64,000 nucleotides of DNA from a virus. Below the pieces are notes generated by a model. The model had not been told where the DNA came from. It saw nothing but the letters and a program-made list of their open reading frames with translations, and searched no databases. The position numbers and the translations under genes were made by a program. The DNA lies in IMG/VR virus record IMGVR_UViG_3300002835_000017. One strand, given 5' to 3'. Positions 39,165 through 48,194 of the stretch are shown here, one piece after another; the stretch's first letter is position 1; every line of letters starts with the position of its first letter.

Positions 39165-39815
39165 TTATTTTTTTAATTTAATCTTCCAATATGTTCCAAA
39201 TCCAACATAAGGAGAGAATGCACCATTTATTCCATCGGTAGTTCTATTATTAACACCGATATTTAAGTTGTATATTTTATCTTTTTTTGTTTTAAGAATT
39301 AGACCAGCTCCTACTGCAGATACATAATCTTCTTTGTTGAATCCCCCATTCAAACCAAAATACACCTGATTTTTTGCAGGTTCTTTAACGATTAATTCTT
39401 CTTTGATGATTCTTTCTCTAACTTTAGCATCAAATGTTCTACCTAAAATTCTGTTTTGAGATATAGTATCAGTTACAGATACCGTTCCCAATGAATCAGG
39501 TAATACCAATACATCTTTGTATAATACTTTTGAGTAATAATTTTTAAGTAATGCCGCAGTATCTATATTAGATGGAATAAAAACTTCTTTCTCTACGATT
39601 GTTTCGTGATAAATATCTTCTCCTCTTTTAGTTACAACTTTAGTTTTGATTACATCAACGGTATCAATTGTATGTTTAATAACTTCATATTTTTTACCAT
39701 CTATTGTAATAGTTCTACCACCTGGCATAACTCCACCTGGATTAAACCATTGTAATAACACATAAATAATCAATGCTGCTATAGCAATGTTCTTAAAATT
39801 CAATAATTTTTTCAT
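39165..39815 (-). CDS. Membrane-anchored protein with beta-strand C-terminus (possible lysis/envelope protein)
   Basis: N-terminal TM IAIAALIIYVLL; DTV repeats; ends VGFGTYWKIKLKK. Confidence 0.5.
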   Translation of the reverse strand: MKKLLNFKNIAIAALIIYVLLQWFNPGGVMPGGRTITIDGKKYEVIKHTIDTVDVIKTKVVTKRGEDIYHETIVEKEVFIPSNIDTAALLKNYYSKVLYKDVLVLPDSLGTVSVTDTISQNRILGRTFDAKVRERIIKEELIVKEPAKNQVYFGLNGGFNKEDYVSAVGAGLILKTKKDKIYNLNIGVNNRTTDGINGAFSPYVGFGTYWKIKLKK

Positions 39816-39820
39816 AATTT

Positions 39821-40489
39821 TTAATTTTTTATAAGCTCTGAATGATTTAATTCTCGTAACTTATCTTCTAATGCTAACTTTCTTTCTAATAATGCTTCTA
39901 TTGCATCGTATGCTCCATCAATATCAGTTTTTAAATCAACTTTTACTTTTTCAATATCAATATCCCATTGCCATTTACTAAATGAACCATCTTCGTTAAG
40001 CATTTCAATTTGTTGAGTTACACTATTAAATGCTTCTTCTAATTGTGATTTAGTATCTCTAACAAAATCTAATTTATTTAATGTTATTCTATAATCTTCA
40101 TAAAACGCCCAACTACCATCTTCTCGTAGTGATTGTTCTATTTTTCTCATACAAGTTACACAATATCCAGTTCTAACAATTAATTTTTTATCTGCATTAC
40201 TATATTGTATTGTTCCACAATTTTCAGAAGAACAAGTTGTTAATTTTTTTAAATATTCTCTGGCATCATCTAATTTGGTGGTATTAATTTTGAAACCTTC
40301 TTTTTGTTCCCATTCATTACCAGCTTCATCTACCCAAATTTCTCCAACTTCTTTTTTTGTTTCATCTGCCTTTTCATAACCAAACACATTTTGATTATCA
40401 TCGGTTCTACCAAATACCGTATCTATAATTAGTTTACGAGATTTGTGTATGTGTTTATTTTTTTCGTCAAAACTTTTTCTTTTTGTCAT
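39821..40489 (-). CDS. Hypothetical protein with a Zn-finger-like CxxxxC...CxxC
   Basis: EVGEIWVDEAGNEWEQKEG; CSSENC and CVTC. Confidence 0.55.
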   Translation of the reverse strand: MTKRKSFDEKNKHIHKSRKLIIDTVFGRTDDNQNVFGYEKADETKKEVGEIWVDEAGNEWEQKEGFKINTTKLDDAREYLKKLTTCSSENCGTIQYSNADKKLIVRTGYCVTCMRKIEQSLREDGSWAFYEDYRITLNKLDFVRDTKSQLEEAFNSVTQQIEMLNEDGSFSKWQWDIDIEKVKVDLKTDIDGAYDAIEALLERKLALEDKLRELNHSELIKN

Positions 40490-40534
40490 TTTTCTATATT
40501 GTTATAACCTATTTATTAATAATATATATTAAAT

Positions 40535-43500
40535 TTATTCGTAAAATATACCTAAAATTTGATTTAGTGGTGCAAATGTACCTGTTAATTTATAAGTGTT
40601 ACCTTTATAAACGAATACAATACCTTCGTTTGGAACTATTTTATCTTTACCACCTATAGATGCTAATCTACTTAATTCCATTTTTAATTTAGCTATTTTA
40701 GATACATCACCACTACCTCTTACCTTTTCTGCAGTAGATTCCAATCTGCTTTTCATATCGGCAATTGCTGAATTTGGATTTGCGGTTAGTACTGAACTCA
40801 TAAATGAAAGAACATCAGCACCTACTCCCAAAAATATTTCTTCAAATTGTCTAACATTTTCTTTTTGTTGCTTTGCTACATTTACTTTATCATTTTCAAT
40901 TGCCCATTCTTGAGCTTCTTTATCAGCAATAGTATTTAAACGGAATGATTTATCACCAAATGCCCATCTTCTTACCAATGCTTCTTTTTCTAATTTTTGT
41001 AATTTAACTTTTGATTTATTTACAAAATTTTCCCACCATGCTTGATGATATTCGGAAACACCATCATTATTGGATAACCCAAATTCAGATTGTAATTTTT
41101 GTAATTTACTTAAATATTTATTTTGTTTTGCACTCAAATCTTCATTTTTAGGAAGTTGTGTGACAGGAGGTCCTTGAATTGTATACTTTGATTGAACATC
41201 GGCATTCACCTGCTTAATCATTCCTGCTAATTTAGTTGCAGCTGATTGGTCAGCACCTACCGCACTTCCTTTTTCATCATAACAAGTTGTGTTATGGAAT
41301 ACTAAAAGAGCCTGTCCATACGGAATAACATTTACCGAAGTTGGCCAAATTACTTCCAAATTCATAAAACACTGACCTTCGTTAAATATTTTCTTTCGTT
41401 GTGGTTCTGAAAGAGATTGAACTGCTGCTGATAAATCTTTCATTGCAAAGTTATAAGCATCGGTTAATCCACCTCTGCCACCAAATTTAGATGCAACATC
41501 TTCAATTCCCATTGCGTTTGCTCCTGCATTTGCCAAATGTCCTTTGTTTCTTGCTGCAATTAATCTACCATTTTTCCAACTGATTGCCAATGCCTGTCCA
41601 TCGGTTTTTTCTCTTGTCAATTCCAATTCACCAGTTAATGCACCAGTTATTATGTTTTTTAAATCACCAAAAGTTAAATCCATATCATCAAATGGGTGAG
41701 ACATGTGCCCGTATGCACCACCTTCAGTTAAAAGAGATTCATTTACTAATCCTGTTTTTGAAAAATCACCTTTAATAGTACCACTTTTATTTACTGAATA
41801 AACACGAACACCAGCTTTTTGAATTTCGTCTGCCACTTTTTCTACAACATCAGGAGATACTTTATAAAAACGAAGGAAATTATTACCATCATAACTATAT
41901 CCATTATTTACAATATTATGAAATCCTCTTACAGAAGTAGATGTAGTTTTCATTGCATTTACACCATGCTTTTTCAAAATAGCATTTACCACCTTTTTTA
42001 CAGGATTCATTTCCGCTTCGTTTAACTTAACTCCTGCGTATTCTAATCTATACTCATAGTATTCTTTTTTAATATCATAAGGAACTTTTGAATTCTTTCT
42101 GAATATTTCATCTACCATCTTTCGAGTATCGTTTGATGATAGTTTCCATTTTACTTTATCTTTATCTAATGTAAAAAAAGTATTTAAAGTAAAATCTATT
42201 TTGGTCAACATCGGTTTCAAAATTTCATTTTTAAAAAATGAATAGTATTCTTTTCGTTGTGAACCATCTAAATAATTAAGAGCGAAATCGGAATCATACA
42301 ATTCGTTTTCTAATGATTTTGCAATCATCTCCAAAACATATTTTTTATCGTTGTTACCGAGATATTTTTCTTCACCACTGCCAATTACATATTTGTACTG
42401 ATTACCCACCAAATCTTTTAATTTGAGTTCGTTTAATTTACCAGTATCGGTTTTGAAAAACGGACCTCTTCTTACACTTCTAAAGTCTAAACTCATTTCG
42501 TTTCCAAAAATTTCTGTAGGTGCAAGTATTTTCAATCTAATAGTTCCGTTTTTATTATCTACACCTAAAGTTTCAAATTCAATTTCGGAATACTTTTTAC
42601 CCTTAAATCCTAAATTCTTACCAGTAATAAACTTATGAACTTTACCACCACTAACTGCCTGTGCTTCTTGTAGGTTTGTTTTTTCAGCTAAACCCAACTT
42701 ATCAGTAACATACGTTACTTCTTTATATCCGTAGTTTTGTAATTGTTTAACTACATCGTTTCTATCTGCTTTAGGGTCATTACAAACAATTGCTCCAATC
42801 TTTTTTCTAGCAAATGAACCTGCGTTATCCCATATTTTCATAATTGCTTTGAAGTGCCAATCATTTGAACCAACTTCTTTTAAAGATTTTGCAGGTTCAT
42901 ATCCTCTATCTTCAGTATCTTTTTTATCTATTTGATGTCCTACCTGCTTTGTAGTATCATCAAAATCAACTGTATCCAATTCTGCAGGATATCCCAAATC
43001 AGGAGTGTAATTACCAGTTCTATGATGATGTAGAAAATCTTTTTGAGCACCACTTTTTGCGTGTTTTGAATGAGTTACTACACCTATAGATTCTCCTCTT
43101 GGTATTCTGAATGTTGTTGCCTTTTTACCATTAATCGTTGGCATTCCGTGGTCATCAGTTCCAATATCTTTAACGGTAACTTTTTTGTTCTTAAATTTAC
43201 CCATCAAAACTTCATCACCCTTATCAACATCTAAATTAATGTCTTCTTTAACAAAATCAGTTTCTACATATTCTACATTTGGTAAATTTTTTATAGTATA
43301 CTTTATAGTTCTTTCTTCCGCTTCATCATCTCCAAATATAGCATCTGCTTTTGGAAATTCAGTTTGTGTGTATCCACCATTTTTGTACCAAGCTTCACCT
43401 TTATCGGTATCTAATGCTCTCTTCTTGCCTTTCTTTATAAATGCGCCATCTGGAACATCTGCGGTGTTTGCAGTTTGAACATTACTAACTTCGTTATATA

Positions 43501-46042
43501 TTTGTTTATTTATTCTTCCATACTCTCTCATCAGAATTCCAGCTACGGCATGTGCTTGGTTTTCTATAGGAGAACCATCTGCCCCATCTTTTTCTGCATT
43601 TCTAACTAATCCCAACTCATCTTGCTTTCTATGAACCATTTCATGTGCAAGTGTACGAAGTATATCCGCTGTCAATCTACCCTCTGTTGCTACATATATT
43701 GATTTATCATCTGGATTATACCCACCCAAAGATGTTTTTACTTCAGCAAATTCTCTACCACCAACTAATGTTACATTTGGAGATTCTTTTAACTTCAATC
43801 TTTTAGTTGCAAACTCTACAAAGTTCTGAATAGATTGATGTTTTGATTCAGATAAATCCTCTTTCATCAAATCCGAAGCGTTAGCCATCGATTGGTTTTT
43901 AGTTCCTTCTTTTTTATATCGAGCAATCGTTTGTATCAATTGTTCATCGGATAGTTTATAGTTTTGCATTATTTCTAATGTTTTTTCTATAAACTTTGGC
44001 ACAAACTTTTTCGTATCAAATTCTTCTTCACCCTCTTTATTTTCAAATATTTTAGCTACCCCTAATGCAATACCTCCTAATGAAGCTTGTGCTTGATTAG
44101 CTCCCAATGATTCAAACGCAGAGTGTTTTATTATATCTTTAACTATATACGCCCCCAAATTCCCTCCTCCAAATTTGGTTGCTATTCCTGCACCAGCTCC
44201 TTGTATAACACCACTAATACCCGCTCCTTTAGATGCGGCCGCAATACCTCCTATCAATCCTCCGGTAACTGCGATTGAACCCATAATTATTGCGGTAGTT
44301 TTTACTAAACCTCCAACGGCCTTTTTTTGTCTTTTACTTTCTTTCCAAGACTTTTCCGCTAATTCTCTTTGTTCCGGTGTTAAATCTTCTCTAAATACGG
44401 GTTCTTTTGTTGTTTTTGGCTTTCCTAACCAATTTTTTTCTTGTACCTTATTTCCATCCGCATCCACTACATCATGACCATGTTTATCTTTTTTATAAAC
44501 AGGAACTTCTTTCATTTTAGGTTTGCGATTTCCAAAAGCATTTAACTTACTTGTAGTTGAATCAGGTTCTGTAAAATCATCCCAATGTTTAGTTTTACCC
44601 TCTGAATCCTTAACACCTCCCCATCGTCCAGTGGTTGCCAATGATTTTATAGCACTACCTGTTCCCACCAGCATTTCTTTGTTATGCTGATATGTATGCA
44701 TAATGCCATGCCCAATCTTTGATGCTGCTTTTTTTAGTACACTCATAGCCCCTTTTCTTTCTTCCGATTGTGGGCTATTTACTTTATCAATTGATTCGTT
44801 ATCTTCTTTTGATAATCCTTTTCTAGCATTATTTAAATTTTCTGTTGTTTTCGCGTCTTTCTTTTCTTTATCAGATTTTTCGGCAGACGATTTTAACTCA
44901 CCTCCACTTAATTTTTGAGATGGTGGTGGCGGTGGTGGTGGCGGTGGTGGTTTTGGTACGCCCTGTTTTGGTTTCGTTGCATCCACCTTACCTTGTGCAG
45001 TTGCCCCCTTATTTACAGGTTGCCCTGGTTGTGGCGGTGGAGGTGGTGGAGGTGGAGGTGGTTTTGGTATTCCACCACTTTGTTTTTTCTTAACTGCATC
45101 AGCTTCGGCAGGAGTTAGGGTTCTAATTTTACCATCGTCAGATTTGTGACTCGCAGGTCCTTTAGCATCTTTACCATAGTATCCACCACCCAAATGTTTT
45201 AATCCCATTTTTTCGGCTTCACTTTCTTCGTTAAAATATGTTCTGGTAAATTCTTCGAACATTTCTTCCATTGCAACTCTACCAAGTATTTCTGCAATTG
45301 GGTTATATAACTCATTCGTTGGATGTTCGGTTTCATGCCGTGTAGGATGTGGTTCGGGTCTCATTTCATACGATGGCTTTGTATTATTGCTCTCATCCGT
45401 TGAACCCGTTGGTGCACCATTAATGTATCCTCCTGGAAGATTTAATCCAGTTCCTATACCACCTGGAAAACCATTTTCATTTAATTTACCTGTTATCATA
45501 CCGAATACCTCTTTATCAAATTTTGGATATGCTTTTAAAAATCCCTTTTTCTTTTCATCATCACTCCCTTTACCCAACCAATTACGAACATCTGTTCCAC
45601 TAATTGGATTTGGTTCAGCAGGAACGGCGTATACATATCCAATTTCCTCGTATCCGTATCCAGCTTTTTCTTTATATGGTTTAAAATATTTACCTGCTAA
45701 TCTATCTGCATCCTTTTCTCCAACTGCCGCAACATACGCAGTAGTTTTACCATCAAATTGAGATAATATTTCTTTTGGAGCATACGGATTACGAACTTGA
45801 ACTATCTTATTCGATGGTATTCCAAACATTGTAGTAATTATTTTTACCTTCTCATTAAAATTAAAAGGAGATTTTGGTCCTGATGTATCATTGGAGGTTC
45901 CAATATATACATTTGATTTTCCAAATTTTTGAGCAAGTTTTAAATAAGAAACATAATGCCCCTTATGGAATGGTTGGAAACGGCCGGAGTATACTACTAC
46001 GGTTTTTTTTACTACTGGTTTATCTTTTTCGTTTAAATTCAT
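40535..46042 (-). CDS. 1835-aa multidomain polyprotein: HxGH nucleotidyltransferase, Pro-rich and hydrophobic segments, zincin HExxH domain, small domains, C-terminal KxDG ligase-like domain
   Basis: YSGRFQPFHKGH...ISGTDVR; LRTLAHEMVHRKQ...IENQAHA; GGAYGHMSHPFD...EKTDGQ...NEGIVF...KLTG. Confidence 0.75.
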   Translation of the reverse strand: MNLNEKDKPVVKKTVVVYSGRFQPFHKGHYVSYLKLAQKFGKSNVYIGTSNDTSGPKSPFNFNEKVKIITTMFGIPSNKIVQVRNPYAPKEILSQFDGKTTAYVAAVGEKDADRLAGKYFKPYKEKAGYGYEEIGYVYAVPAEPNPISGTDVRNWLGKGSDDEKKKGFLKAYPKFDKEVFGMITGKLNENGFPGGIGTGLNLPGGYINGAPTGSTDESNNTKPSYEMRPEPHPTRHETEHPTNELYNPIAEILGRVAMEEMFEEFTRTYFNEESEAEKMGLKHLGGGYYGKDAKGPASHKSDDGKIRTLTPAEADAVKKKQSGGIPKPPPPPPPPPPQPGQPVNKGATAQGKVDATKPKQGVPKPPPPPPPPPPSQKLSGGELKSSAEKSDKEKKDAKTTENLNNARKGLSKEDNESIDKVNSPQSEERKGAMSVLKKAASKIGHGIMHTYQHNKEMLVGTGSAIKSLATTGRWGGVKDSEGKTKHWDDFTEPDSTTSKLNAFGNRKPKMKEVPVYKKDKHGHDVVDADGNKVQEKNWLGKPKTTKEPVFREDLTPEQRELAEKSWKESKRQKKAVGGLVKTTAIIMGSIAVTGGLIGGIAAASKGAGISGVIQGAGAGIATKFGGGNLGAYIVKDIIKHSAFESLGANQAQASLGGIALGVAKIFENKEGEEEFDTKKFVPKFIEKTLEIMQNYKLSDEQLIQTIARYKKEGTKNQSMANASDLMKEDLSESKHQSIQNFVEFATKRLKLKESPNVTLVGGREFAEVKTSLGGYNPDDKSIYVATEGRLTADILRTLAHEMVHRKQDELGLVRNAEKDGADGSPIENQAHAVAGILMREYGRINKQIYNEVSNVQTANTADVPDGAFIKKGKKRALDTDKGEAWYKNGGYTQTEFPKADAIFGDDEAEERTIKYTIKNLPNVEYVETDFVKEDINLDVDKGDEVLMGKFKNKKVTVKDIGTDDHGMPTINGKKATTFRIPRGESIGVVTHSKHAKSGAQKDFLHHHRTGNYTPDLGYPAELDTVDFDDTTKQVGHQIDKKDTEDRGYEPAKSLKEVGSNDWHFKAIMKIWDNAGSFARKKIGAIVCNDPKADRNDVVKQLQNYGYKEVTYVTDKLGLAEKTNLQEAQAVSGGKVHKFITGKNLGFKGKKYSEIEFETLGVDNKNGTIRLKILAPTEIFGNEMSLDFRSVRRGPFFKTDTGKLNELKLKDLVGNQYKYVIGSGEEKYLGNNDKKYVLEMIAKSLENELYDSDFALNYLDGSQRKEYYSFFKNEILKPMLTKIDFTLNTFFTLDKDKVKWKLSSNDTRKMVDEIFRKNSKVPYDIKKEYYEYRLEYAGVKLNEAEMNPVKKVVNAILKKHGVNAMKTTSTSVRGFHNIVNNGYSYDGNNFLRFYKVSPDVVEKVADEIQKAGVRVYSVNKSGTIKGDFSKTGLVNESLLTEGGAYGHMSHPFDDMDLTFGDLKNIITGALTGELELTREKTDGQALAISWKNGRLIAARNKGHLANAGANAMGIEDVASKFGGRGGLTDAYNFAMKDLSAAVQSLSEPQRKKIFNEGQCFMNLEVIWPTSVNVIPYGQALLVFHNTTCYDEKGSAVGADQSAATKLAGMIKQVNADVQSKYTIQGPPVTQLPKNEDLSAKQNKYLSKLQKLQSEFGLSNNDGVSEYHQAWWENFVNKSKVKLQKLEKEALVRRWAFGDKSFRLNTIADKEAQEWAIENDKVNVAKQQKENVRQFEEIFLGVGADVLSFMSSVLTANPNSAIADMKSRLESTAEKVRGSGDVSKIAKLKMELSRLASIGGKDKIVPNEGIVFVYKGNTYKLTGTFAPLNQILGIFYE

Positions 46043-46045
46043 ACA

Positions 46046-46054
46046 TATAAATAT
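46046..46054 (-). promoter_or_regulatory. Putative late promoter ATATTTATA (1835-aa polyprotein)
   Basis: Same 9-mer 3 nt upstream of the ATG, placing this gene in the late regulon. Confidence 0.6.
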
Positions 46055-46056
46055 AA

Positions 46057-47496
46057 CTAAATAAGAGTCTTATTAAAATCTAACAAAAAATTTATTACTA
46101 ATTGCATTTCTTTGTTAGATTCTATATTTTTATAAGAGTGTTTCCCATAGTTAAAAAATAGTTTTTGATTATCTATACATATTTCTTTTACATTATTTAA
46201 AAACTCATCCTTTTCCTCTTTTGTTTTGTTTGAAAATTTAGTAATTTCATCTTGAATTAGTCGCAATCTAGCAAAATCATCACATTCCATATCATAACTC
46301 TCATCAATATACGGATGAAATGTTTTAAATCCAAATCTGTTTCTTAAATATTCCAATGATTTAGCAGGTCCTGCTAATATAAATGGTTGGCAATGTCCGA
46401 TTGGTTTCCATATTTTTTCTGAAAGATATCCTGTTGGGAAATTTACAAATACATCATCAGCACCTTTTGATTGAAAAAAAACAGATTCAGTTACAATACT
46501 TACATAAGAATTTAAATAAATATTTTTATCTTCAAATCCAAATCCAGCTATTTTAGTTAAATCATCTATATCTAATACCGAAGATGTTTCTTCAATTAAT
46601 TTACCGAATTCTTCATTTCTATCGTGACGATACATTTCTTCCACTATGTTTTTTGAATAAAATCTTTTATCCCAAGATACTAAATTTTTATCTAAACCTA
46701 ATTTATGCAAATGACTCAATAATAATAATCTATGCAATTTCCAATGCCTGGACAACAATAAAAAATCTTTTTTATCTTTTCCAATACTTTCTTCAAATTC
46801 TGTATGAGTTGCAACGGTGGATACTCCAGATTTAATGGCTCCTACCTGTGGTTCGTTTGAATTCTCACCCCAATAACGAAAATCTGGATTATTTATTATA
46901 TTATTAAATTCTTGAGATTTAGCAACCATATTTAAGGCATAATCGGCTACTTTATATTTTAATCCCAATTTTTTAAGATTCTTTTTTAATTTAAAATCTG
47001 CAAATAAAAAATAAACTTTTTCTTCAGGTATTTCTTTATCACGAATATTTTTAATTAATCTTTCAAAATTTTCTATTTCAATACCTTCACCTCCATCTAT
47101 TGTATAATGTAAAAATAATTTACCATTACCATTTTTTATTTCATCAATTGCTACTTTTGACATGAAATTTAAAGCAAATTCATGTATTGGATGGTTTCCA
47201 AAAAATTGATTTAAATTGCCAAATGGTTCTACAATATAAAACCAATCGTAATTAACACCATTTTTTCTATCTTCTTTTATTTGATAAATTGATTTTTTTA
47301 CAGCATATTTTTCAAAATAATTACTATTATATACCGCCCAATCACAATTCCATCTTTTAGAAAAAAATGCACCTGAATTTGAAAAATCAAAATCAGATGC
47401 ATTATGTATTGTGTTTATGTATTTTGGATTCATACAATTCGGCAATTCACCATTGTATGTTATTATATCATACCCAAAAATTAATTTACTATTCAT
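46057..47496 (-). CDS. Glycosyltransferase-like protein (GT10-type motif)
   Basis: SIVTES, YLSEKIWKPI, GFKTFHPYIDESYD. Confidence 0.6.
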   Translation of the reverse strand: MNSKLIFGYDIITYNGELPNCMNPKYINTIHNASDFDFSNSGAFFSKRWNCDWAVYNSNYFEKYAVKKSIYQIKEDRKNGVNYDWFYIVEPFGNLNQFFGNHPIHEFALNFMSKVAIDEIKNGNGKLFLHYTIDGGEGIEIENFERLIKNIRDKEIPEEKVYFLFADFKLKKNLKKLGLKYKVADYALNMVAKSQEFNNIINNPDFRYWGENSNEPQVGAIKSGVSTVATHTEFEESIGKDKKDFLLLSRHWKLHRLLLLSHLHKLGLDKNLVSWDKRFYSKNIVEEMYRHDRNEEFGKLIEETSSVLDIDDLTKIAGFGFEDKNIYLNSYVSIVTESVFFQSKGADDVFVNFPTGYLSEKIWKPIGHCQPFILAGPAKSLEYLRNRFGFKTFHPYIDESYDMECDDFARLRLIQDEITKFSNKTKEEKDEFLNNVKEICIDNQKLFFNYGKHSYKNIESNKEMQLVINFLLDFNKTLI

Positions 47497-47519
47497 ATAG
47501 ATGTTTTGTTTTTAATATC

Positions 47520-47645
47520 TTAAAATGATTTGTAAACGAATGGGTCTCTTTTTTTAAGTTCTTCTAATTTTTTTTTAATTTTTTTCTTTGTTTGATATGC
47601 TTGATACCACTTTACAAAGAATGAGATAATAGGTAAATTTTTCAT
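47520..47645 (-). CDS. 41-aa basic microprotein (not in ORF track)
   Basis: MKNLPIISFFVKWYQAYQTKKKIKKKLEELKKRDPFVYKSF fills the intergenic gap in operon orientation. Confidence 0.6.
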   Translation of the reverse strand: MKNLPIISFFVKWYQAYQTKKKIKKKLEELKKRDPFVYKSF

Positions 47646-47650
47646 ATTAG

Positions 47651-48193
47651 TTAGTTTTCGTAGTATAATGCAGGCCATTCAACAATAATATGAACGCCAC
47701 CTTCATTGTATGCATCTGTATATATCTTATAAATATCATTTGGATTTTTTAATTCCCAAATTTTTGTAAATTGTAATATGGATTTGAATTCTTGTGTATA
47801 ATCGTTTCTATGTTGAATACCTGGGTCTAATGGATTTGTACTACCAACACCAACTCTAATTATGATGTTTGCTTTTTTACCCGTCATATTCTCAAACTTA
47901 TCAGCATGATTTATTAACTGATTTGCAGCCGATACTAAAAAATCCCAACGTGGATAAAATGATATAACGGTTTTTCCTGTGATAGCTAATCCTAAACTCA
48001 TACCCATTTGAGTTTCTTCCATAACAGGTAATTCAATCATTTTTTCTTTTGGAACTTCACCCAGTGTTGTACTCATAGGGTTTCCCGCATAGACAATTTG
48101 TTGCCCAACAAAGATTGTATCTTCTTTTTGAGCAAGAAATGTCATTGCTTTAGTAAGTTCATCTTTATATGGTGATAGTTGTGGTATACTCAT
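47651..48193 (-). CDS. TPP-dependent enzyme beta subunit (transketolase/PDH-E1beta pyrimidine-binding domain only)
   Basis: ELPVMEETQMGMSLGLA, FLVSAANQLINH, PGIQH. Confidence 0.8.
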   Translation of the reverse strand: MSIPQLSPYKDELTKAMTFLAQKEDTIFVGQQIVYAGNPMSTTLGEVPKEKMIELPVMEETQMGMSLGLAITGKTVISFYPRWDFLVSAANQLINHADKFENMTGKKANIIIRVGVGSTNPLDPGIQHRNDYTQEFKSILQFTKIWELKNPNDIYKIYTDAYNEGGVHIIVEWPALYYEN

Positions 48194-48194
48194 A

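Noticed and set aside
44915-45118. Trp/Arg-rich plus-strand ORF (MRWWWRWW...)
   Set aside because: It is the antisense reading of the poly-proline CCA/CCG tracts in the 1835-aa gene
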